NCBI GenBank assembly: GCA_964638335.1
Contig: CAZXAC010000002.1
Location: 1 to 33,592 of the forward strand
Direction: 5' to 3'
Length of the DNA: 33,592 bases
Source: an uncultured Lentisphaera sp.
Lineage (GTDB): Bacteria; Verrucomicrobiota; Lentisphaeria; Victivallales; GWF2-50-93
A program made the position numbers and the translations under genes. Positions 23,223 to 30,812 of this stretch are shown here, piece by piece. How positions within the stretch are numbered: the first letter of the stretch is position 1; each line of letters starts with the position of its first letter. Under the pieces are notes generated by a model. That model searched no databases and was not told where the DNA came from. It saw only the letters and a program-made list of their open reading frames with translations.

Positions 23223-24185
23223 ATGAATTATAAACTAAAATCTCTATACACAGTCTCGCTCTTCCTTGCTGTAGGGCTTTCATGTTGCCTTGCGGAATAC
23301 GATTATGCAATTCGCTTCAGATCCGGAAGGATTATCGCGGCAGAACTTTTCCCGGGAGACAGCGCTTCAATGATGGTCAAGAACGTCAATAAGTACGATC
23401 CACCCTCAAAGATCAACTCAGATGTGGGGTATGTGGCTCTGATAGTCAATCTCGATCCAGGTAGAAGCATAAGCGTCTACGATTATGTCTTGAAAGATGC
23501 CGCAGGGAGAACTTACCCGTGCGTCGCGATAAAAGAAAGAAATGGAGAATTCGATGCGTCAAAGTGGATATATGAAAACGCCCCGCAGTCAAACAGATAC
23601 GTAATGCTTTTCAGGGTCCAACAACCCCCACCGAATAAACCACAAGAGTATAAACTAGATTTGAATCTAATAAGGACTCAAACTGATTCTGTAACGGTTC
23701 CAGTTGTAAGACTTAATAATATTCCTTTTTCAGATCCGGCAAGCTTCCCAGAGTCCGGACTCGCGCTTGCACCACCAGAAGACGTAAAAGCGTTCTACGG
23801 AAAGATCTACAAGGAAATAGAAGATAAAAAGGCGCTGGAAATAAAGAAAAAACAAGAGGCTGAGGAAAAAAGAATAGCCGAGGAAACAGCCAAAAGAGAA
23901 GCCGAAGAAAAATTAAAGGCCGAAAAGGAAAAACAGGAAAAAGAAAAGGAAAAGAAAGCTGAGAAAAAGACGGAAAAGAAAGAGCCTGTTGCGGAGGGGA
24001 AAGGCGAGATAAAAACCTTTGTAAAATTAACTCCGGCAAGATTGAGACGCCTTGAAGGAAAAACCGAAAAAGAGAAGGCTGAAATTATTAAGGCCTGGGA
24101 AAAGAACGAAATGGAAAAGCAAAGACTGGCCAAGGAAAAACTGGAAAAGAAAAAAACAGAAGATTCCGCAGAAACTAAAAAATAG
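23223..24185 (+). CDS. secreted or lipoprotein-like hypothetical protein with a Lys/Glu-rich C-terminal half
   Basis: 320 aa. The signal or lipobox-like N-terminus is SLFLAVGLSCC. A ~190-aa beta-rich domain is followed by KE-rich low complexity (KKKQEAEEKRIAEETAKREAEEKLKAEKEKQEKEKEKK...). Confidence 0.7.
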   Translation: MNYKLKSLYTVSLFLAVGLSCCLAEYDYAIRFRSGRIIAAELFPGDSASMMVKNVNKYDPPSKINSDVGYVALIVNLDPGRSISVYDYVLKDAAGRTYPCVAIKERNGEFDASKWIYENAPQSNRYVMLFRVQQPPPNKPQEYKLDLNLIRTQTDSVTVPVVRLNNIPFSDPASFPESGLALAPPEDVKAFYGKIYKEIEDKKALEIKKKQEAEEKRIAEETAKREAEEKLKAEKEKQEKEKEKKAEKKTEKKEPVAEGKGEIKTFVKLTPARLRRLEGKTEKEKAEIIKAWEKNEMEKQRLAKEKLEKKKTEDSAETKK

Positions 24186-24211
24186 AAAAATAAAGAAAAA
24201 TCCTCATTCAA

Positions 24212-24580
24212 ATGTTTGAAGTTGAAATAACAAGAAATTTTTCCGCCGCACATAAGCTTGATCAGTACAAGGGTGACTGTTCCAGACTTCATGGACACAA
24301 CTGGATTGTGAAGGTATTTGCTCAATCAAAAGAACTTGACGATATAGGCATAGCGGTGGATTTCAGGAAAATGAAGCAGACCCTCGATTCGATACTCTCA
24401 TCCATGGATCACCACAATCTGAATGAAATTACTGTTTTCAAGGGACGAAATCCGACGAGCGAAAACCTCGCAAGGCATATATACTGTGAAATGTCCAAGG
24501 TGCTAAACACAGCCTCGCTGAAAATATCCAAGGTAAGCGTGTCCGAATCTCAGGACTCAGTTGCGTCATATTTCGAATGA
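24212..24580 (+). CDS. queD: 6-carboxy-5,6,7,8-tetrahydropterin synthase
   Basis: 122 aa with FSAAHKL...CSRLHGHNW, the PTPS/QueD Zn-binding motifs. Confidence 0.9.
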   Translation: MFEVEITRNFSAAHKLDQYKGDCSRLHGHNWIVKVFAQSKELDDIGIAVDFRKMKQTLDSILSSMDHHNLNEITVFKGRNPTSENLARHIYCEMSKVLNTASLKISKVSVSESQDSVASYFE

Positions 24581-25260
24581 GAAGGATAAAAGAAAAAAGA
24601 ATCTCTAAATCCGCGAAATTCGCAGTATCAGAACTCTTCACAAGCATACAGGGAGAATCTTCATACGCAGGCCGCATATGCTTTTTCATACGCCTCGCCG
24701 GATGCAACTTAAATTGCTCCTGGTGTGATACCGAATATGCGAGAAGTAAAATTAAACCCAATCTGACAATACATGAAATCATTAGAAACGCTGAACTCTC
24801 TGGAGCAAAGATTGTGGAAATAACCGGCGGAGAGCCGCTTGTGCATGATGGTGTATTCGATTTATGCGCAGAACTTATAAAAAAAGGATTCGAAGTCCTC
24901 GTGGAAACTAATGGCAGCATATCCATAAAAGCCCTCCCAAGGCAGGTGAAAGTGATAATGGACTGCAAATGTCCTTCAAGCGGAGAATCCTCAAAAATGC
25001 TATTTAAAAATTTCAAACTATTGAATAAGAAGGATGAAGTGAAATTTGTGATAGCCGACCGAATCGATTATGATTATTCTAATAAGATATTAAAAAAATA
25101 TTCTCTTTTGAATAAGACGAAAAAAGTGTTCTTTTGTCCAGTGGCAAATCTATTGAGACCGAAAAAACTCGCCGGATGGATGATAGAGGATAAATGTCCT
25201 GCGATCTTCGCAGTGCAACTGCATAAGATAATATGGGGAAAAGATGCGAAAGGAAGATAA
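24577..25260 (+). CDS. queE: 7-carboxy-7-deazaguanine synthase (radical SAM)
   Basis: 227 aa. FTSIQGESSYAGRICFFIRLAGCNLNCSWCDTEY carries the QueE CX14CX2C-type cluster context. It overlaps queD by 4 nt. Confidence 0.92.
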   Translation: MRRIKEKRISKSAKFAVSELFTSIQGESSYAGRICFFIRLAGCNLNCSWCDTEYARSKIKPNLTIHEIIRNAELSGAKIVEITGGEPLVHDGVFDLCAELIKKGFEVLVETNGSISIKALPRQVKVIMDCKCPSSGESSKMLFKNFKLLNKKDEVKFVIADRIDYDYSNKILKKYSLLNKTKKVFFCPVANLLRPKKLAGWMIEDKCPAIFAVQLHKIIWGKDAKGR

Positions 25261-25927
25261 AAAAAAAGCTGTTGTGCTCCTAAGCGGCGGGATTGATTCC
25301 GCCACCTGTCTAGCTTATGCCACGTCGAGAGGATACGAATGCCATGCGCTGAGTTTTGACTATCGACAGAGACACAGAATTGAGCTCAAATGCGCGAAAA
25401 AGATTGCAAAACGTTTTAACTCCCACGAGCATATCGTCGTAAATCTTGACCTCCGCAAATGGGGAGGCTCGGCTTTGACAAGTTCCTCGATTAAAGTTCC
25501 GAAGGGAGGACTAAAACCTGGAATTCCTATCACTTACGTTCCCGCTAGAAATATGATATTCCTGTCAGTCGCCTGCGCTTTTGCGGAAGCCCGTGGAATC
25601 AAGGAAATTTTCATCGGAGTAAATTCTCTGGACTATTCAGGATATCCCGACTGCCGCCCGCAGTTCATACGCTCCTTCGAAAAAACAGCCAATCTTGGAA
25701 CTAAATCAGGACTTGAAAAGAAAAAGATAATAATAAGAACTCCGCTGCAGAAAATGGAAAAATGGCAGATAATAAAACTTGCATTGTCCCTAGGCGTCGA
25801 TATAGGAGAGACGAACAGCTGCTACGACCCCGGGAAAAACGGATCTCCTTGCGGGAAATGCGACAGTTGCCAAATTCGCAGCAATGCTATAAAAAGACTT
25901 GGGAATTCTAAAACCCGGATTTTCTGA
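25244..25927 (+). CDS. queC: 7-cyano-7-deazaguanine (preQ0) synthase
   Basis: 227 aa. VVLLSGGIDSATC is the PP-loop. The C-terminal Zn cysteines are CYDPGKNGSPCGKCDSC. Confidence 0.93.
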   Translation: MRKEDKKKAVVLLSGGIDSATCLAYATSRGYECHALSFDYRQRHRIELKCAKKIAKRFNSHEHIVVNLDLRKWGGSALTSSSIKVPKGGLKPGIPITYVPARNMIFLSVACAFAEARGIKEIFIGVNSLDYSGYPDCRPQFIRSFEKTANLGTKSGLEKKKIIIRTPLQKMEKWQIIKLALSLGVDIGETNSCYDPGKNGSPCGKCDSCQIRSNAIKRLGNSKTRIF

Positions 25928-27047
25928 TCTGCTTCACTATTTCGTCTATCGCTTCCACGGTTTTTCTTATTTCATCTTCAGTGTTTTCATGACCGATTGA
26001 TATCCTTATTGAAGAATGGAGGAATTCGATAGGGACTTTCATCGCCTTGAGCACGTGAGATGTTTTTGTAAGCCCAGCACACGCCGAACCGCTTGAAACG
26101 CATATTCCTTTCATGTCGAGCCTCGTAAGCAAGGCCTCCGATGCTACGTCCCTGAACCCGATATTCAGAGTGCTGCATACGCTATTTTTCAGGTCTGTGT
26201 TCACCCTGATTCCATCTATCTTTTTTTGAATAAGAGCCAAGAGAAGTTGGCGTAGTCTTTCGCATTTAGACATTCTATCGGTCAGTTCTTTCCTCGCAAG
26301 TTCGCAGGCTTTGCCGAATCCTACCAAAGCGGGGACATTTTCAGTGCCTGCTCTAAGCCTTCTTTCTTGGGACCCTCCGAATATGAGGGCTGAAATCTTC
26401 AGTCCTTTTCTGATGAAGAGAGCACCTGCGCCTTTGGGACCGTAAAATTTATGCGAGGAGATGGAGAGCATGTCAACTCCGAGCTCCCTCACGTCTAGTT
26501 TTATTTTCCCGGCAGCTTGGACGGCATCACTGTGAATCAAAATCTTTGCCTCCCTTGCGAATTTCGCAATATCGGCAATTGGCTGTATCGCTCCAGTCTC
26601 ATTATTGGCTGTCATCACGCTTATAAGCCCAGTATCAGAACTTGCGAATTTCGCAATTGAGCTGGCATCCACAATACAATCCTTGTCGTTAGGCAGATAT
26701 TTTGTCCTTATACCGCGATTGGAGAGATTCTTGCACACGGAAAGAACTGCGCTGTGCTCAATCTCCGAGCTTAGTATTTCATTTTTTCCGGAACTCTCAA
26801 TTCCACGAATTATAGCTTGGTTGTTGGCTTCCGTTCCGCCGGATGTGAATACGATTTCTTCTGGAGACGCGTTTATGAGCGAAGCTACCTGCTCGCGGGT
26901 CCTTTCAATCGCGAAATTCGCATCCCTCCCTGCTGAATGCGCGCTGGAAGGATTGCCGAACTTATCTGATAAAAACGGAAGCATCGCGTCAAATGCCTCT
27001 TTCGAACATGGAGTGGTCGCATTATGATCTAGGTATATGGGCTTCAT
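25908..27047 (-). CDS. cysteine desulfurase (NifS/IscS class, PLP-dependent)
   Basis: 379 aa. SSHKFYGPKG is the PLP-lysine motif and SSGSACA is the catalytic Cys loop. Its 3' end overlaps the queC 3' end by 20 nt (convergent). Confidence 0.9.
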   Translation of the reverse strand: MKPIYLDHNATTPCSKEAFDAMLPFLSDKFGNPSSAHSAGRDANFAIERTREQVASLINASPEEIVFTSGGTEANNQAIIRGIESSGKNEILSSEIEHSAVLSVCKNLSNRGIRTKYLPNDKDCIVDASSIAKFASSDTGLISVMTANNETGAIQPIADIAKFAREAKILIHSDAVQAAGKIKLDVRELGVDMLSISSHKFYGPKGAGALFIRKGLKISALIFGGSQERRLRAGTENVPALVGFGKACELARKELTDRMSKCERLRQLLLALIQKKIDGIRVNTDLKNSVCSTLNIGFRDVASEALLTRLDMKGICVSSGSACAGLTKTSHVLKAMKVPIEFLHSSIRISIGHENTEDEIRKTVEAIDEIVKQIRKSGF

Positions 27048-28555
27048 TTTTTGTGGGAGTAAGAGGACTCATTAATTTTCTGCATTATCGCATCGGCCGC
27101 CACTTTGTGACCGTCTGGAGTCCAATGCTGATCATATGTATAATAACATTGAATATCCTCTACAGTTTTTTCCCTGAGCTTAGCCTTGAGGCTTATAAAT
27201 TCTATTCCTTTCTCGGAGCAAAATTCTGAAATTGTATTCTCAATTACGGCTGATTTTGATATAAGTTCCGAATAGAGTGATTCCTCGGGAGGAATGTCAG
27301 ACCTGTCTAGAAGCAGAAAATCTCTGAATTCAGCCGCTGGGACTTTCTCTGCTATGAAGGGGAGCAGTACATTTGCCGCAGTGGGAGCGTAAACGACAAT
27401 CATTTTTATCCCGTTTCTGTCGCATGCGTCCTTCATCCTAAGCATCGTCATTGAGACGCTTTTCCAAGGGTTGGATGTTTCAAAATCGCTCTTTTCCACA
27501 AAGAAGGAAAGAAAACGCTTGGGCTTAAAACTATAATTTTTTGTTCTCGGGAATGTAAAAGGAATCCATGAAAGCCCCTTAACATTTGTCTGCTCAGTTT
27601 GAGATTGGGATGCCGCTGTATTGCCTAATTTCTCAATTAATAATCTCTTTCCGTTTACAATAAAAGGGGATTGTTTCACATAGTCCCTTATAATTCTTGA
27701 TATGGCTCTCGTCTCGCTTCTATGATCAGGGGCATTATCTTTTTTCTCTTCTGCCGCAGGCAAAGAATTATCCCAATTCTTATTGTCCTGAAGATATTTA
27801 AGTTCTTTTTTGCTTGGCTCTCTGAAATCATTTCCCTCATAGAACATGCATATCAGATACTTGGGTTTCATCGGAATTCCGACTTCAATGAAATTGTTCA
27901 GGTACTGTATCGGAGATGAGCCGCTCATTCCTAAATTATAAACGCTCAGACCGCTGTCGTTCGCAATTAAGGCCGCCCAAATATCGTCATCCGACACCCT
28001 TGATCCTTCCACGAAAGAGTCCCCTAAGGTGACTATATCGCATGAATCGAGGCTTGATTTGTTTCTGAATCCTCTGGAATCAACTGTCAGGGTGCATGCC
28101 TGGTCAGGATATCCATTTTTTATTTTAGGGCCCGGGATGGATGATTCTGGTGTATCCTCATAGGTCACTTTTATCTGCTGATTTGGAGGTCTGTGATATG
28201 TTTTTTGTGTTTGTACATATCTTGGTTTTCGCAATATTCTCGCGGCCGTATCAGCGACAGGAAGAGTTATCAGTATTGATATGAGTACAAGGACAACCGC
28301 GAAAAGACGTTTTTTGAAATTTTTATTATCGGAAGTCAGGAGGTATATAAGCATGAGTGATATTGGGACGAGGAAAAATAGTAAAGTGACTCTCTCGACG
28401 GAATATCTTCCTAGAAGTATGGGTCTGTCTTTTGATATCAATTTGCTTATGTTGCTTGGCAGAACCCAGTAGAATATGTTTAGGAGAAATATTGCCAGAA
28501 TAGATATTTTACGCCAATATCTTGAGAAGAAATTCATTCTTGAAACGAGCCTCAT
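27044..28555 (-). CDS. membrane-anchored SGNH / AlgJ-AlgX (DHHW)-like protein, possible O-acyltransferase or esterase
   Basis: 503 aa. Three N-terminal TM helices are followed by TLGDSFVEGS (a GDS block) and a C-terminal YYTYDQHWTPDGH (a D.HW..DG motif as in AlgJ/AlgX-type proteins). It overlaps the cysteine desulfurase start by 4 nt. Confidence 0.55.
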   Translation of the reverse strand: MRLVSRMNFFSRYWRKISILAIFLLNIFYWVLPSNISKLISKDRPILLGRYSVERVTLLFFLVPISLMLIYLLTSDNKNFKKRLFAVVLVLISILITLPVADTAARILRKPRYVQTQKTYHRPPNQQIKVTYEDTPESSIPGPKIKNGYPDQACTLTVDSRGFRNKSSLDSCDIVTLGDSFVEGSRVSDDDIWAALIANDSGLSVYNLGMSGSSPIQYLNNFIEVGIPMKPKYLICMFYEGNDFREPSKKELKYLQDNKNWDNSLPAAEEKKDNAPDHRSETRAISRIIRDYVKQSPFIVNGKRLLIEKLGNTAASQSQTEQTNVKGLSWIPFTFPRTKNYSFKPKRFLSFFVEKSDFETSNPWKSVSMTMLRMKDACDRNGIKMIVVYAPTAANVLLPFIAEKVPAAEFRDFLLLDRSDIPPEESLYSELISKSAVIENTISEFCSEKGIEFISLKAKLREKTVEDIQCYYTYDQHWTPDGHKVAADAIMQKINESSYSHKK

Positions 28556-28765
28556 ATTGATGCCGCCTAATATAACAAAGGAAGCCTGATCGTCAAACGA
28601 TGTATAAATTGTTTGAAAAATATCTTTTCGGAGTTAATCTGGCAACAGTTCTAATTAGGGATATTGTCTCGCAATGTTATGAATCTTATCTTGAAACTTT
28701 TATCCATTAAAATTGTCTCTTAATTTCAGTGTTTCGTTTTTTTTAACCTGTAAATCCGGTTTTTT

Positions 28766-30775
28766 ATGGGCTTTCTTGATTTAGAAATACTATGGCATTT
28801 GCTCTGGATGCTACCCCTTGTCCTTTTGGCTATCAAGTACGCGGGCAGTAGAAGGTCAAATGCAATGGCTCTTGTCCTGGGACCAAGAAAAGATTCTCCT
28901 GAATGCCATACTTTGAACCCAAAGGCGCGGATGCTAAGAAATATCTTGTTGATTTCCGGACTTTGTCTTGCCGTTGTAGCTGTCGCGCGACCCAGTTGGG
29001 GAAAAAAAATATTGCCCTTCACCAGTTCCGGACGAGATATCGTGCTTGTGGTAGATGTATCCAAAAGCATGCTTGCAACGGACATACAGCCTTCAAGAAT
29101 AGAACACACCAAGTGGCTTTTGAGAGAGGTCATATCATCTTGCGGGGGAGACAGATTTGGTTTGGTGGCTTTCTCAGGCATGGCATTTTTGGAATGTCCT
29201 CTTACGATAGATAAAACGACTTTGTTTCAGGCGATAGATGAACTTAAGCCGGGTTACATCCCGCTTGGTGGCACAAACATGCAAAAGGCGCTTGAGACCG
29301 CACTGAAATCCTTTGATGCCGCTGAAGGCGGGCACAGGGCTATCTTGCTCATAGGTGATGGTGATGAATTGCAAGGAGATACAAGCTCCATCCTTGACAA
29401 GCTTAAGGAGTCGGGAATTCCGATATTTGTTGTGGGGGTTGGTAACCCGGATCAAAAAGTCCCTATATCGGTGAAAGGCGAGGGAGGAGAGACTACATTT
29501 TTGCGAGATTCGCAAGGCGAGATTGCAAGCTCCAAGCTGAACGAAGATCTCTTGGCGAAGATAGCTGTTTCCTCAGGCGGAATATATGTACGCTCAACAT
29601 CAGTGGAGCCCGGTTTGAAAGAAATTCTTCCAAGGATCAAAGCCCTTTCTCAAGAAAAATATTCTTCGGGTCAAAACACCAGGCCAGTGGAAAAATTTCA
29701 GATTCCGTTAGCCATCGCGGTAATTATTCTTCTTTCAAGGCTTGCGATAAGCGAAAGACGAAAGCCGATGAATCTTGCGATCGGAATATTAATATTGCTC
29801 TTCCCGAACTTTTGCCCAGGAGCGCCAGAAGCTGATGAAAACATTAAAACCTATAGACCGGAAAAGGTTCAGGACTTGAAAACTGAGAATAGCGGCAAGA
29901 AAGATCCAAGAAAGATGTACAACGAAGGCTTTGATAAACACTCAAAAAACGAATTGGATTCCGCTTCTCAGCTTTATCAGAATGCGGCTGGAAGCAGTCT
30001 GTCTGATGTCGAAACAAGAAAAAAATCATTTCAGAATTTGGGCGCTATTGAACATTCAAAGGGACGTGAAATTATAAATTCAGATCCGCATAAGGCGATG
30101 GAGTTTTTTAAATCTGCTGAAAATATGTACAGAGAATCTATGAAGGAAGATTTTAATTCTCGGGACGTATCTGAAAATCAGCAGATATTGTTGAAGGACA
30201 TGGAAAAAGCCAAAAAAGCTATTGAAAAGCAAAAAGAACAGCAGGAAAAAAAGGACAAGGCCCGTAAGGAACTTGAGAAAGCGGCGCAGGAAAACAAAGA
30301 GGCTAGCAATAATCCCGGAAACCAAAAAGAAAAAGAACAGGCGAAATCTCAGACGGAAAAGGCCAAAGATGCCATGGAGCAACATATGAATCAAACCCCC
30401 GATGAAGACAAAAATGAGAAAGATAAAACGGGAAAAGCCAAGTCGGAGATAAAAAACGCCATGGATGAGCAGAAGAAAGGCGATTTTGATAAGGCTCAGG
30501 AACACCTTGAAAAAGCCTTGAAGGAATTTTCTAAGAATGAAAAAAACGATAAGGACGAAAAACAACAAGAAAAACAGCCTGAAAAGCGAAAATCGGATGA
30601 AGAGCAGAAGAAGGCGGGCGCTGATAAAAAACCAGAAGAAGAGAAGAATATAGACCCTGAACAGGCTGCTTCTATTCTAGATTTAATGGCGCAAGATGAA
30701 AATAAGCTGAGAGAAGAACTCAAGAACAGAGTTCAGGAGAATTCCAAGATAAAAGAAGTGGATAAGGATTGGTGA
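28766..30775 (+). CDS. BatB-like aerotolerance protein: N-terminal TM, vWA domain, TM, TPR-like region and KE-rich tail
   Basis: 669 aa. DIVLVVDVSKSM is the MIDAS DxSxS motif. FGLVAFSG and LIGDGDE are also present. A second TM segment (IPLAIAVIILL) is followed by a helical-repeat and KE-rich region. Confidence 0.75.
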   Translation: MGFLDLEILWHLLWMLPLVLLAIKYAGSRRSNAMALVLGPRKDSPECHTLNPKARMLRNILLISGLCLAVVAVARPSWGKKILPFTSSGRDIVLVVDVSKSMLATDIQPSRIEHTKWLLREVISSCGGDRFGLVAFSGMAFLECPLTIDKTTLFQAIDELKPGYIPLGGTNMQKALETALKSFDAAEGGHRAILLIGDGDELQGDTSSILDKLKESGIPIFVVGVGNPDQKVPISVKGEGGETTFLRDSQGEIASSKLNEDLLAKIAVSSGGIYVRSTSVEPGLKEILPRIKALSQEKYSSGQNTRPVEKFQIPLAIAVIILLSRLAISERRKPMNLAIGILILLFPNFCPGAPEADENIKTYRPEKVQDLKTENSGKKDPRKMYNEGFDKHSKNELDSASQLYQNAAGSSLSDVETRKKSFQNLGAIEHSKGREIINSDPHKAMEFFKSAENMYRESMKEDFNSRDVSENQQILLKDMEKAKKAIEKQKEQQEKKDKARKELEKAAQENKEASNNPGNQKEKEQAKSQTEKAKDAMEQHMNQTPDEDKNEKDKTGKAKSEIKNAMDEQKKGDFDKAQEHLEKALKEFSKNEKNDKDEKQQEKQPEKRKSDEEQKKAGADKKPEEEKNIDPEQAASILDLMAQDENKLREELKNRVQENSKIKEVDKDW

Positions 30776-30812
30776 TATTATTTCATATCTATATATATTG
30801 CCTGAAGTTAAA

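Noticed and set aside
23800-24180. Repetitive AAG/GAA-rich DNA here, and again at about 30200-30700, that could be mistaken for a repeat array or CRISPR.
   Set aside because: There are no regular repeat-spacer units. Both tracts are in-frame KE-rich coding sequence of well-supported ORFs.
24186-24211. An expected preQ1 riboswitch in front of queD.
   Set aside because: Only 26 nt are available, and they lack the preQ1-I hairpin and A-rich tail consensus.
23713-24325. Minus-strand ORFs 23713..24039 and 23807..24325. Together with 30080..30568 and 30496..30723, these are long Phe/Ser/Leu-rich ORFs.
   Set aside because: They are mirror images of the purine-rich KE-coding tracts on the plus strand. 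Their composition is what reverse-complemented AAG/GAA repeats produce.
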